Origin: Nanobdellota archaeon
GTDB lineage: Archaea > Nanobdellota > Nanobdellia > Pacearchaeales > GW2011-AR1
Reading direction: 5' to 3'
Assembly: GCA_030647965.1 (NCBI GenBank)
Contig: JAUSIT010000016.1
Span: 8,429 to 72,428 of the forward strand
Length of the DNA stretch: 64,000 nucleotides
Below are positions 39,779 to 49,835 of the stretch, piece after piece. Numbering within the stretch: position 1 is the first letter of the stretch; every line of letters starts with the position of its first letter. Both the position numbers and the translations under genes were made by a program. Under the pieces are notes generated by a model. It was not told where the DNA came from, searched no databases, and was given only the letters and a program-made list of their open reading frames with translations.

Positions 39779-39980
39779 ATGCAACTCTGTTGAGATAGTT
39801 TGTTCAAATGAACAATGATAATATAATTGCCTGCGGCAATTGACGATTAATTAATAACTAATCAGGAGCTGCAAAAAGTTTTACTCTTACAATAGGTAAC
39901 TCAAGATAGAAGAGTAAAACTTTTTCTAGGCGACTTCTTATAAGAACAAAATGCAATAATTGATAAATGTAAATTTTACA
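39779..39980 (+). mobile_element. MITE-like repeat, copy 4
   Basis: ATGCAACTCTGTTGAGATAGTTTGTTCA...TGCAATAAT...TGTAAATTTTA. Confidence 0.75.
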
Positions 39981-40067
39981 GATTTACTTGATATAAATAG
40001 ACAAGTATGGTTCAATCTTGATTGAAGTCATAACTGGATTTATAAATAAAAATTTGCTTAATAATCT

Positions 40068-40370
40068 ATGAAATTAAAAGAATTTTTCAGGCCAACATGG
40101 GGTAAGATTATTTTAACTTTGTTCATACCTGCTTTTTATTCTCAAATTGGGCAGACTTTTTGTTACCCATGTCATTCTGGAGAATATTGCCCACCATGCA
40201 ACCAGCCATTTTTATTTATGCCATTAATACTTGCCATATTTTCTTTTATAAATTATCCTCATCAAGACATTCAATATTTGATATTATTCTTTTTAATTGG
40301 ACTAGTTTTATCTTATACTATTTCATGTATTATAATTTTCTTTTTTAAAAAGTTGAGAAATAAGAACTGA
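40068..40370 (+). CDS. small membrane protein with a Cys loop
   Basis: FFRPTWGKIIL, CYPCHSGEYCPPC, TM segments. Confidence 0.6.
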   Translation: MKLKEFFRPTWGKIILTLFIPAFYSQIGQTFCYPCHSGEYCPPCNQPFLFMPLILAIFSFINYPHQDIQYLILFFLIGLVLSYTISCIIIFFFKKLRNKN

Positions 40371-40403
40371 AAAATTTATTAACCAACTTCTTTTATTCTG
40401 ATT

Positions 40404-41846
40404 ATGGAAAAAGAACCTGAAAAAATAAATTACAAAGAACTTGGGCTTAAATCAGGTCTGGAAATACATCAACAGTTAAATACTAATAAATTATTCTGTA
40501 ATTGCCCTTCTATTTTAAGAAATGATAATCCCCTTTTTACTATTAAAAGAAAATTAAACCCAGTTATTGGAGAAACAGGAGACATTGATATTGCTGCTGA
40601 ATATGAAAAATCCAAAAATAAAACTTTCAATTATGAAGTTTATGACACAAATTGTTTAGTTGAATTGGATGAAGAACCCCCTCATAATATAAATTTAGAT
40701 TCATTAAAAATTGCATTAGAAGTTGCTATTCTTACAAATTGCAAAATCTTTCCTGTGACTCAGATAATGAGAAAAACAGTTATTGATGGTTCAAATACTT
40801 CTGGTTTTCAGAGAACAGTTTTAATTGCACATGAGGGTTATATTGAAACATCTGAAGGAAGAGTTGGAATTGAAACAATAGGATTAGAAGAAGATGCAGC
40901 TAGAATTATTTCTTCAAAAGAAAATGAAACAACTTATAGATTAGATAGATTAGGAATACCTTTAATTGAAATTGCAACAAAGCCTGATTTAAAATCTCCT
41001 GAACAGATTAAAGAAGCTGCTTTAAAGATTGGAGAAATATTAAGAATGTGTGATGTTAAAAGAGGAATAGGAACAATTAGGCAAGATTTAAATATTTCAA
41101 TAAAAAATAGCAAAAGAGTTGAAATAAAAGGTTTTCAAGAGCCAAAAATTATGATCAAAACAGTTGAATTAGAAGTCAAAAGACAGCTTGAACTTGTAAA
41201 TCAGAGCAAGAGCATAAATGAAGTGAGAAAGTCTTTGCCAGATGGCTCTACTAGTTTTTTAAGGCCTATGCCGGGAGCAGCAAGAATGTATCCTGAAACA
41301 GATTGTGTTTTATTAAAGATATCAAGAGATTTAATTAATGAAGTTAAAAAAACACTTCCACAGCCAAAAGAAGATTTAACAGGTTATTTGAAAAAATACG
41401 GCTTAAATGACGAACTTATCAAGCTTTTAGTGCAAAATGAAAAAGTTGAAGAATTCAAGTATTTAGTTCAGGTTCAAAACTATCCTAATTTAATTGCAAA
41501 AATGCTTATTGTTTTTCCAAAAGAAATTGCTGTTAAGGATAAGAAAAATATTAATGAAATTGAAAAGTTGCTTAATCAAGATATATTGGAAGCTGTTTTA
41601 AATGAGATAAACAAAACTATTTCTGAAAATGATGTTAAAATTGTTCTTCAAAAAATTTCGGAAGGCAAAAAGCTTAAAGATGCTTTAACAAAAGAAAAAA
41701 TAGATATTTCTTCTGAAATTGAAAAGCTAATAAAAGAAAAACCTGGCTTAAGTATGAATGGTTATATGGGTTTAGTAATGGCTAAATTCAAAGGCCAGGT
41801 TTCTGGCAAAGAGATAATGGATGAGCTGAAAAAAAGGATGAAATAG
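40404..41846 (+). CDS. gatE: Glu-tRNA(Gln) amidotransferase subunit E (short form)
   Basis: GLEIHQQL, DEEPPH, MRKTVIDGSNTSGFQRT, RMYPETD. Confidence 0.96.
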   Translation: MEKEPEKINYKELGLKSGLEIHQQLNTNKLFCNCPSILRNDNPLFTIKRKLNPVIGETGDIDIAAEYEKSKNKTFNYEVYDTNCLVELDEEPPHNINLDSLKIALEVAILTNCKIFPVTQIMRKTVIDGSNTSGFQRTVLIAHEGYIETSEGRVGIETIGLEEDAARIISSKENETTYRLDRLGIPLIEIATKPDLKSPEQIKEAALKIGEILRMCDVKRGIGTIRQDLNISIKNSKRVEIKGFQEPKIMIKTVELEVKRQLELVNQSKSINEVRKSLPDGSTSFLRPMPGAARMYPETDCVLLKISRDLINEVKKTLPQPKEDLTGYLKKYGLNDELIKLLVQNEKVEEFKYLVQVQNYPNLIAKMLIVFPKEIAVKDKKNINEIEKLLNQDILEAVLNEINKTISENDVKIVLQKISEGKKLKDALTKEKIDISSEIEKLIKEKPGLSMNGYMGLVMAKFKGQVSGKEIMDELKKRMK

Positions 41847-42003
41847 CTTCCAATTAGGTGAAAAACCTGAAAAACCCTTGATAAATCCTTAAAATCACTT
41901 CTGATTACCCCTAATTCTTAGTAGTTTAGATGGTTATTTATGTGTCATTTCTAAAAGGTAACAAAACAAAAGGTTTATAAAGTTGTTATTCCATAGTTAT
42001 AAC

Positions 42004-42435
42004 ATGTTAAAAGATGATATTTCAGTGAGTGAAAAAACCTTGCTTAGCATGGAATACCCTGAAAAACCTTTTGAAGACGATTCTTTTCAAATGGGAAAAG
42101 AAAAAGTTGAATCATTAAGAGAGCTTGTTGTTGAAATTGAAGAACTGATAAAAAATAGAGAAAGTTTAAGCAAAAGCATATGTAATGAAGGTGAAAAAAT
42201 GAAAACAGACTTATCTAATTTTATAAATGAAAATAAATTTCAGGACCCACAAAATTCCAAAGAAAGAAGTGAATTAAGAAAAAAACAAATTGAAATTTCT
42301 GAATTACAATTAAAAGAAAGAGTAGAATGCTGGAAAGATATTGCATTGCTTAAAAGAGAATTAAGAGAACATGTTAAAGATTTGAAAGACAGGGAGGATA
42401 GAGTTAATAGTTTAAATAAACTCTGGGAAAATTAA
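42004..42435 (+). CDS. coiled-coil hypothetical protein
   Basis: charged heptad pattern, WKDIALLKRELRE. Confidence 0.65.
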   Translation: MLKDDISVSEKTLLSMEYPEKPFEDDSFQMGKEKVESLRELVVEIEELIKNRESLSKSICNEGEKMKTDLSNFINENKFQDPQNSKERSELRKKQIEISELQLKERVECWKDIALLKRELREHVKDLKDREDRVNSLNKLWEN

Positions 42436-42440
42436 ATAAA

Positions 42441-42896
42441 ATGATACAAGCATATTTAACAGACACTAATGCAAAAAGAACATACGATTTATCTAGATTA
42501 TTATTATCTAAATCTAATGATATAATCACAATAGGAAGACAAAATCAAAGAAATGATATTGTTTTAGGAAAAGATGATTTTGATGAATTAATTAGTAATA
42601 AAGAATTATTAAAAGAATTAATAAGTGTTTCTAGAATGCATGCTTCTTTAGAATATAAATTTCAAACATATACTCCTGATTGCAGTGGATTTTTTATGAG
42701 AGATGCTCATTCAACATTTGGAACAAAAATCTTAAGAGGGAAGGGATTAATTTCAATTTCTCAAAATGAAGGAATAACTTTAGCTAATGTTCCTGTTCCA
42801 ATAATTCTTGATAAAAATAAAATATTATTACAAAATGAAGACCAAATATTTTTTGCACAGTATGGTCCTGTTATTTACAAGGAGGCACAAATATGA
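42441..42896 (+). CDS. FHA-domain protein
   Basis: ITIGR...VSRMHA...DAHSTFGT...LQNEDQI. Confidence 0.8.
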   Translation: MIQAYLTDTNAKRTYDLSRLLLSKSNDIITIGRQNQRNDIVLGKDDFDELISNKELLKELISVSRMHASLEYKFQTYTPDCSGFFMRDAHSTFGTKILRGKGLISISQNEGITLANVPVPIILDKNKILLQNEDQIFFAQYGPVIYKEAQI

Positions 42897-43372
42897 AAAC
42901 TTTTGAACAAGAATTTGATTATGCAAGACCATTAGGTAGTGGAATTCATGGAAGCGTATATCAAATTTCAGATATTCATGCAGCAAAATTTTATGATGAA
43001 CAAAACGTTTCAGATCCTGATAAAGAATGTAAAATAGCAAAAGAATTATATAAAAATAATATAAATGTTCCTAAACCTGAAGGCGTTTTTAAAATAGATC
43101 TTAAAGCAAAGAATACTTTTCTTTCACAAAAACATGCTTTTGTTATGGAATATTTACCAGGATATATTTTAGAAGATGTACCTAGTAATGAAATAAAAAG
43201 ACTTGGATTAAATGAATTAGCTGAAATAGAATTAGAAAAAGCTAGAAAATTAGGATTTTTGACAATAGATTCTGAGCCTCGTAGAAATAATTCTAATCAA
43301 ATCTGGTGCCCAGACAGAAATAGAATTTACATAATTGATTTTGTAAATTGGGTAGATGGGAGGAAACTATGA
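42893..43372 (+). CDS. minimal RIO/Bud32-like kinase
   Basis: LGSGIHGSVY, AAK, INVPKP, VMEY, D...N, IIDF. Confidence 0.7.
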   Translation: MKTFEQEFDYARPLGSGIHGSVYQISDIHAAKFYDEQNVSDPDKECKIAKELYKNNINVPKPEGVFKIDLKAKNTFLSQKHAFVMEYLPGYILEDVPSNEIKRLGLNELAEIELEKARKLGFLTIDSEPRRNNSNQIWCPDRNRIYIIDFVNWVDGRKL

Positions 43373-43911
43373 TACAAACATTTAGACAAGAATGGGATAG
43401 TGCAAAGAAACTTGCAAGAGAAGTATATCAAATTTCAGACAATCATATAGCAAAAACTTCAAAATTAATGTCAAACAAATTTATAGAACATCTAAAAAGA
43501 GAATATAGAATTACAAAAGAATTATATGAACAAGGAATAAATGTTCCTAAACCAGAAGGCATCTTTAATGTAAATCTTACATTTTTTGATTCAGTACATA
43601 AAGATTACGTATCTTTTACAAAACCTACTTTGGTAATGGAATATATCTCAGGTAAGAGTTTTGAACAAGTATCTGCGGAAACAGGATCTCAAATTGATGA
43701 AATGAATAAATTATGGAAATTAGCTTTTGAAGAGATAAACAAAGCTGAAAAATTAGGATTTGTTCCAGTAGATAGTGGTGAAGTAAATGATGGCAATCAA
43801 ATATGGTGTCCTGAAAGAAACAAAGTTTATTTGATTGATTTTGAATATTGGGGATACCATCCTCCTAAATTCTCACAAAAATTAAAATATTTTTGGAGGA
43901 ATTTAATATGA
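43369..43911 (+). CDS. paralogous minimal kinase-like protein lacking the Gly-rich loop
   Basis: VYQISD..IAK, INVPKPEG, VMEY, NQIWCP..N..YLIDF shared with the upstream gene. Confidence 0.7.
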   Translation: MIQTFRQEWDSAKKLAREVYQISDNHIAKTSKLMSNKFIEHLKREYRITKELYEQGINVPKPEGIFNVNLTFFDSVHKDYVSFTKPTLVMEYISGKSFEQVSAETGSQIDEMNKLWKLAFEEINKAEKLGFVPVDSGEVNDGNQIWCPERNKVYLIDFEYWGYHPPKFSQKLKYFWRNLI

Positions 43912-45836
43912 TACAAAAATTATCACCTGAAGAAATATGCATGAAGCTAAAACCTATATTTGGAAAAAAGATTGATGATATTTATTTAAGATATGCAATG
44001 GCTGACAGAGAAGAAAAAGAAGAAATACTTCAAGTTTTAAATACACTTTATAATAAAAATTTATCTCAATTACTTGATAATAAAATATTGTTAGAACCTC
44101 CATCTAGACTTTTAATGGATGGTGAATATCCTTTATCAATGATTAGCTATGCTGACAAACAATTATATCCATTTGCTTTAAGAGAAAAAGATTGGATAAG
44201 ACATGTATGTATTAGTGGAATGAGTGGAAGCGGAAAAACAACTTTAGCATTTCATATAATTAATAATTTTATAAAACACGAAAAGCCATTTTTAATTTTT
44301 GACTGGAAAAAGAGCTTTAGACCATTGATGTTAATTGACAATGAAATAATGTGTTTTACTGTTGGAAAAGATTCTGTAAGCAATTTATTTAAAGTAAATT
44401 TAAACAAGCCACCAAAAGATGTTTCTCCAAAAGAATGGATTAGTGTTTTATGTGACTTGCTTGCAGAAAGCTTTTTTGTTTCATTTGGTGTTCATAAAAT
44501 TTTAGTTGAAACTTTAGATGATGCATTTAAAGAATGGGGAGTTTACAATGGTTCTGAAAACTATCCAACATGGAATAATATTAAATGGTATTTAGAAGAA
44601 AGATCACATAAGGCAAAAGGAAGAGAAGCAACATGGTATGAAAGTGCATTAAGAATTGCATCTGTTCTTACATTTGGAGATTTTGGAAAAGTATGTAATT
44701 ACAAAGGCGAAGACAGCTTTTCAATTGAAGAATTATTAAATAAAAAAGTAATATTTGAATTAAACTCTCTTGGAAGTGTAGAGAAAAAGTTCTTTTGTGA
44801 ATTTTTGTTAACTTATATATACAAATTAAAAAAAGCAAGTCAGTCAAATTCAAATGGAAATTTTGAAAATGCAATTATAGTTGATGAAGCTCATAATATT
44901 TTCTTAAAAGGGGAGACACATTTTACAAAAGAATCTGTTACAGATATGATTTACAGAGAAATAAGAGAGTATGGAACAAGTTTAGTATGTCTTGACCAGC
45001 ATATATCAAAATTAAGTGATACTGTTAAAGGAAATAGTGCTTGTCATATTGCATTTCAACAGCAATTACCTCAAGATCTTTGGGATATTGGCGAATTAAT
45101 GCAATTAAAAGACAGAAAAAATTATTTTTCAATGCTTCCTGTTGGCTCTGCAATTGTAAGATTATCTGAAAGATTTAATTCTCCTTTTTTAATTGAAGTT
45201 CCTTCTGTTAAATTAAAAGATAAAGATCTAAATGACGAAGATATTAAATCAAAAATGAAATTTATATTTTCTGCAAGAGAAACTTTGAATAAAAAAGATG
45301 AGTTTCATAACTTAGTTGTTGGAAAAATTGAACAAAGATTTGAAAAAATAGATAAAAATGAAGTTTTAGATAAAGCTTTACAGGAAAATTTAGAAGTTGA
45401 GAAAGAAGCAATAAAAGGTCCATTTTCAAAAACTCAAAACAAAATATACGAAGCTGTTTTAGAAAGACTTTCAGAAGGAAAAGGACTAGCTGAAATTGAA
45501 AAAGAAATTGAAAAAGAAAGAATGCACTATGGATATAGTGTAAATGATATTTTAGAAGTTATAAACTATGTATTTGAAAACCAGTTCAGAGATATTATAG
45601 CTCAAAGAACAGAAATTGTAAAGCCAAGTGAAATGAATTTGCAAAATAAATTCTTAGATTATTTAAAACAAAACCCAGAACATAACAAAAGCACTGTTGA
45701 AATCTACAAAATTTTAGGCTTTTCAACAAGAAAGGGAAACATAATCAAAGATGAATTGCTTGAAAAGAACTTAATTAGAATTGAAGAGCAAAAAAACAAA
45801 ACAGGATGGAAGAAAATTATCACATTAAACAATTAA
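43908..45836 (+). CDS. HerA/FtsK-like ATPase (DUF87) with C-terminal wHTH
   Basis: RHVCISGMSGSGKT, IFDWK, IIVDEAHN, REIREYG..L.DQ. Confidence 0.85.
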   Translation: MIQKLSPEEICMKLKPIFGKKIDDIYLRYAMADREEKEEILQVLNTLYNKNLSQLLDNKILLEPPSRLLMDGEYPLSMISYADKQLYPFALREKDWIRHVCISGMSGSGKTTLAFHIINNFIKHEKPFLIFDWKKSFRPLMLIDNEIMCFTVGKDSVSNLFKVNLNKPPKDVSPKEWISVLCDLLAESFFVSFGVHKILVETLDDAFKEWGVYNGSENYPTWNNIKWYLEERSHKAKGREATWYESALRIASVLTFGDFGKVCNYKGEDSFSIEELLNKKVIFELNSLGSVEKKFFCEFLLTYIYKLKKASQSNSNGNFENAIIVDEAHNIFLKGETHFTKESVTDMIYREIREYGTSLVCLDQHISKLSDTVKGNSACHIAFQQQLPQDLWDIGELMQLKDRKNYFSMLPVGSAIVRLSERFNSPFLIEVPSVKLKDKDLNDEDIKSKMKFIFSARETLNKKDEFHNLVVGKIEQRFEKIDKNEVLDKALQENLEVEKEAIKGPFSKTQNKIYEAVLERLSEGKGLAEIEKEIEKERMHYGYSVNDILEVINYVFENQFRDIIAQRTEIVKPSEMNLQNKFLDYLKQNPEHNKSTVEIYKILGFSTRKGNIIKDELLEKNLIRIEEQKNKTGWKKIITLNN

Positions 45837-46177
45837 CTATTACAAATCATAATCAAACAAATATAAATTAATAACAACGCAGCATAAAGACAACTTTTAA
45901 CAACACAATATAGAAATAACACAGACGCACAAGAGACAAACAGACAATAAAAATCTGAAATACCCTGCGAAACAAGATAAAAACAAGAAAGAAAGGAGAA
46001 ATATCTCAAAAGAAGATTAGTTTTAACTAGATTTAACCTTAATATATTCCTGAAATACCTATTTAATAGACTTCTAAATAGATTTTGAAATTGAAATAGC
46101 TTAATTTAAAACAAAAAGAATTGAAATAGCTTTTAACTGGGTTTAACAAACAGAAACATCTCTGAAAGGAGAGGAAT

Positions 46178-46435
46178 ATGTATTATATCGCTGGGATATT
46201 TGTTCTTTTCGCATCTATCTTTCTCGGAGGAGAAAAAGAGCTAAAGATGCAGGTATTAATTGGCTGGGGAATTGGGATTATTGGCATGGCAATATGGTTC
46301 ATCGTAGGGGGGATTGAAAAGTTGGTAAAAGAAATCTCTGAACTAAGAAAAGAAATCTCCAAACCGAAGAAGGAAGAAGCTCCCCCGGAAACTGCCAGAA
46401 CTGACGAAGGTTCCCAAGCCAGCATGGTAAGATAA
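46178..46435 (+). CDS. small membrane protein
   Basis: RBS GAAAGGAGAGG, two TM segments. Confidence 0.65.
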   Translation: MYYIAGIFVLFASIFLGGEKELKMQVLIGWGIGIIGMAIWFIVGGIEKLVKEISELRKEISKPKKEEAPPETARTDEGSQASMVR

Positions 46436-46494
46436 AATTCTCTACGAAGATGATTAAGGGCCTTATTGCATTCAAAAGGGTGAGGCCCTTTAAT

Positions 46495-46523
46495 TTGAAA
46501 ATAATTATTTACCCCATATAAAT
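46495..46523 (+). promoter_or_regulatory. sigma70-like promoter
   Basis: TTGAAA-N17-TATAAA directly after a hairpin. Confidence 0.55.
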
Positions 46524-46562
46524 AGCAATTCATAAATTGAAATATCTCTGAAAGGGGGAATT

Positions 46563-46742
46563 ATGTTAACTATAATAGTGATTTTTTCAGCATTACTTTT
46601 GAATTCATTTAAAGTATGGGGGGGTTTATGGGTATTCTTTTGGTTTATTAGAAAAGAAGGGACAATAATTTTTCCAATTATTAATCTTTATATGTGGGTA
46701 TGTTGGTATATGATTATTTTTACTCTTTTTTCAATACATTAA
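46563..46742 (+). CDS. small membrane protein
   Basis: 59 aa, RBS GAAAGGGGG, hydrophobic. Confidence 0.5.
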   Translation: MLTIIVIFSALLLNSFKVWGGLWVFFWFIRKEGTIIFPIINLYMWVCWYMIIFTLFSIH

Positions 46743-46761
46743 CTTTTTCAAAGGAGGGAAT

Positions 46762-46905
46762 ATGTTCTTCTCATTTGTAATTCTGCCTCCCCCTGAAGTT
46801 AGCGACCCTGGAGCATATTTGGGGTGGATGATAATAAACTTCTTTTTGTGGTATTATATTCTTAATGGGATTGTAAACTTTAGTACCATGAAAAGAAAAA
46901 AGTGA
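46762..46905 (+). CDS. small membrane protein
   Basis: 47 aa, RBS AAAGGAGG. Confidence 0.5.
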   Translation: MFFSFVILPPPEVSDPGAYLGWMIINFFLWYYILNGIVNFSTMKRKK

Positions 46906-46963
46906 TAAAAATTAGCAAATGAGTAATTAAATCACAATCAATCTTTTTCACATGGAGAGTGTC

Positions 46964-47197
46964 ATGAACCGCATAATATTAATTATCTTAGGCATTTTTC
47001 TTTTATCTTTTGGAATTGCATTGCTCTGCGATGTTAGTTATAATAATGAAGTTGAATCCCTGGACTTCTATTTGCTATCTGGAATGGTGCATTTTCACAA
47101 CTTTAACATAGGAGTTATTTATATTATCTGCGGGCTCATCGCACTTGGAGGCCTTTTCACTATTCGCTTTTCGAAATGCATTGCATACTTAATGTAA
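46964..47197 (+). CDS. small membrane protein
   Basis: RBS GGAG..TGTCATG, two TM segments. Confidence 0.55.
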   Translation: MNRIILIILGIFLLSFGIALLCDVSYNNEVESLDFYLLSGMVHFHNFNIGVIYIICGLIALGGLFTIRFSKCIAYLM

Positions 47198-47249
47198 TTT
47201 TTTATAGCAAACAAACAAAACAAACAACAATCAAAAAACGAGGTTTGTC

Positions 47250-47636
47250 ATGAAAAATCGGAGAGATTATATCTTTGGAATTTGTTTTGCTTGGGTAGTC
47301 TTAATCATGGTAATCTTTAGTGCCACAGATAGTTCCAAGAATTTCATCGGCTCTAATTTATTGGGTTACAGCACTTGCCCAAACTGTGGGGATAGCTGGT
47401 GGTGGAAAGAATCTAAGAGCATAACCTTTGATTCAAATATTAATGCAATCATCTTTGAAGAAGGAGTGATGATTTGCAAAGAGTGTGTTTTAAATCCCAA
47501 AACCCTTGATGAAAACAGGATTTGCAAAAATCTTTTGAAATGGAGCTGGGATGAAGAAAAAGTTCAGAAAGTCAAAGAGGCAATAATTCAATACAAAGAT
47601 TCTTCATTACAAGAACAAAATAAAATGTTATTCTAA
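47250..47636 (+). CDS. membrane-anchored Zn-ribbon-like protein
   Basis: TM, CPNC...CKEC. Confidence 0.65.
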   Translation: MKNRRDYIFGICFAWVVLIMVIFSATDSSKNFIGSNLLGYSTCPNCGDSWWWKESKSITFDSNINAIIFEEGVMICKECVLNPKTLDENRICKNLLKWSWDEEKVQKVKEAIIQYKDSSLQEQNKMLF

Positions 47637-47706
47637 CTGGAAGAATAATTTAGCAGTGAGCAAAGAGCAAATAATCAAAAACAACTTTTTTCTCTGGAGG
47701 TATATC

Positions 47707-48192
47707 ATGAATGAATATGTAAACATCTTCATTCTCGCAACAATCTGCGGGTCAATTGCTTACACCATGACTGAATCAGGGATTTTCGAGCCGTACAGAA
47801 TTTTTTGTAAAAACGTCTGCAAAAAGCTCGGAGAACTTTCCAGTTGCGGATATTGCACTGGTCACTGGGTGGCTTTCTTTTTGGTTGCAGTTTACCAACC
47901 CAGAATTGTTCACAGCAGTTTCTGGCTTCTGGATTATTTCCTGACTGCGATTCTTATTGCATGGATTTCTGGATTGTGGTGGAGATTTCATGTATTTGTC
48001 GGCCAGGTGATTGTAGCCCTGAAAGAAAAAAACAGAGTCTCTAAGGAAGAAAGACTTGCAATGATGGCATTATTTGAAGAGGGTAAAAATACAATCCCTC
48101 AAAGTAATGAGATCCCCGCAATTAAAAAGCAAAGAGCAAATAATATTATACCTTTTGAAAGAACAAACATTATTCCATTTAGAAGGGGGTGA
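47707..48192 (+). CDS. DUF1360-like membrane protein
   Basis: IFEPYR...ELSSCGYCTGHW; RBS GGAGG. Confidence 0.65.
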   Translation: MNEYVNIFILATICGSIAYTMTESGIFEPYRIFCKNVCKKLGELSSCGYCTGHWVAFFLVAVYQPRIVHSSFWLLDYFLTAILIAWISGLWWRFHVFVGQVIVALKEKNRVSKEERLAMMALFEEGKNTIPQSNEIPAIKKQRANNIIPFERTNIIPFRRG

Positions 48193-48197
48193 AAATA

Positions 48198-48371
48198 ATG
48201 TGGAAAATTAGACTAATATCTTCCCAGGAAATATTTGAATCACTTTCAGATGAAGAACCTGTTCAAGACACAATGAGCGGGGTATTATGCATTTCTTGGA
48301 CAAGTATTCAGGGAAAACCCTACACCCTTTACCCCGGGGTCGTTGCCACAGTTATCATCAAGGGAGAATAA
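48198..48371 (+). CDS. hypothetical protein
   Basis: RBS GGGGGTGA overlapping the previous stop. Confidence 0.5.
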   Translation: MWKIRLISSQEIFESLSDEEPVQDTMSGVLCISWTSIQGKPYTLYPGVVATVIIKGE

Positions 48372-48481
48372 CTATTCAACATCTTCGCCAAGAGAGGCAT
48401 TATATTTCTATTATATAGTGCCTCTTAAATTAAAAAAGCATTGAGCAATTAAACAAACAACTTTTTTCCAGGAGGCATGTC

Positions 48482-48844
48482 ATGTTAATCTTTGGAATTC
48501 TTTTGGCACTCGTTATCCTCGGGGTAGTAGTGTATCGTTTTGCACCAAAGGATGTTGGGAGCACTATCATGGTCCTCTCTTTGGGCATGATTCTTGTAAC
48601 TATGTTAACTATCCCACTCGCCAGAAATCAGTATATCCAAGAAATTTATGGTTTCAGGGATTTTAGCGAATTCTGCAAAGAAACTGGGGCCATAGGGTTT
48701 AAGCAGTCAGAAAATTATGACGAGTTTATGCAACAAGTCAAAGAAAAAAATATCTGGCTTGTCAGAACCCAACATTTTAATTCTGGCATCTGGTTTGATC
48801 TCTGGATTCCGGATGAAGTTGATTTGCTTGAACAGATTAAGTAA
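48482..48844 (+). CDS. membrane protein
   Basis: RBS AGGAGG, two TM segments, WFDLWIP. Confidence 0.7.
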   Translation: MLIFGILLALVILGVVVYRFAPKDVGSTIMVLSLGMILVTMLTIPLARNQYIQEIYGFRDFSEFCKETGAIGFKQSENYDEFMQQVKEKNIWLVRTQHFNSGIWFDLWIPDEVDLLEQIK

Positions 48845-48904
48845 CTGAAAACAATTTCACAAACAAAAACTTTTCACAATCTAAAACAAAAAAAGGAGTA
48901 GGCC

Positions 48905-49060
48905 ATGAAAGCAATGAAATATGTTTTTATTATGGCCAGCGTTATTATCATTATTGCCGGAGCAATAGTGATGGTTATTCATCATCTCAAAAGCATAGCA
49001 GACAATCTTAACTGGATGCTCTTTGGCGATGGTGCTGGCATGAATGTTGTTCGCAAATAA
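48905..49060 (+). CDS. small membrane protein
   Basis: 51 aa, RBS AAGGAG. Confidence 0.45.
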   Translation: MKAMKYVFIMASVIIIIAGAIVMVIHHLKSIADNLNWMLFGDGAGMNVVRK

Positions 49061-49131
49061 ATCGTTTACAAAAAACAATAATATACTAAACAAAAAAAAC
49101 TTTTCACAAAAACAATTTTCGGAGGTGTGTC

Positions 49132-49566
49132 ATGTCAAGAATGTTGGTTCTTATTATGGTTGCGCTTTTTGCGACCTGTGTTTTTAACGGCTGTGGAGAA
49201 TCTAAATATATTTACGGAGTTGTTTTAAATGAATATGGGACCATTGTCAAAAGGCAAAACTTTATTGAACGTTCTGAAGGAGCATTATTTGGAAACGATT
49301 CAATAAAGCTAAATGATCCTACCTATGTAATTCAATTTCAGGTGGTTTCTGTAAGAAGTTCTAAAAAAATATATGATTCCGGCCCTTACCTTGGAAAAAT
49401 TTATACTTTTCAAATTATGGGAGGGAGATATAATAATTTAGAAGCATTAAATATTGCAATACACAAAGGAACAAAAATCAGAATTCCCCAGAGCGAATTT
49501 AATTTTTATTTAAATGGTAATGTAGGCAAAATATTTGATTCAAATGTTAGTGTATTAGATGAATAA
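49132..49566 (+). CDS. putative lipoprotein
   Basis: VFNGC lipobox, RBS GGAGGTG. Confidence 0.65.
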   Translation: MSRMLVLIMVALFATCVFNGCGESKYIYGVVLNEYGTIVKRQNFIERSEGALFGNDSIKLNDPTYVIQFQVVSVRSSKKIYDSGPYLGKIYTFQIMGGRYNNLEALNIAIHKGTKIRIPQSEFNFYLNGNVGKIFDSNVSVLDE

Positions 49567-49597
49567 TCCAATCTGAAAAAGAAAGGAGGTGAGAATA

Positions 49598-49717
49598 ATG
49601 TTGCTAGGAACAATACTACAAATCGGAGGAGCAATAATTATGATTGTTAGTGTAATTGGTTTGAGCATTACACTATACAATAACCATAAATCAAACAAGC
49701 ATCCTGAAAGGAGGTGA
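49598..49717 (+). CDS. small membrane peptide
   Basis: 39 aa, RBS GAAAGGAGGTGA. Confidence 0.45.
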   Translation: MLLGTILQIGGAIIMIVSVIGLSITLYNNHKSNKHPERR

Positions 49718-49835
49718 TCTAATCTATCTGTTTTTATTTTACAAATCTTAAAACGAAAGGAGATAAACAACAAACAAATGATTTACCTGATTCATCACTA
49801 TTTTCAAACTTCAATCATCAACAAGGAGAAATTCT

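Noticed and set aside
23422-41846. Co-occurrence of GatB with GatD/GatE, and short GatE
   Set aside because: Normal archaeal tRNA amidation machinery; useful as a taxonomic marker only
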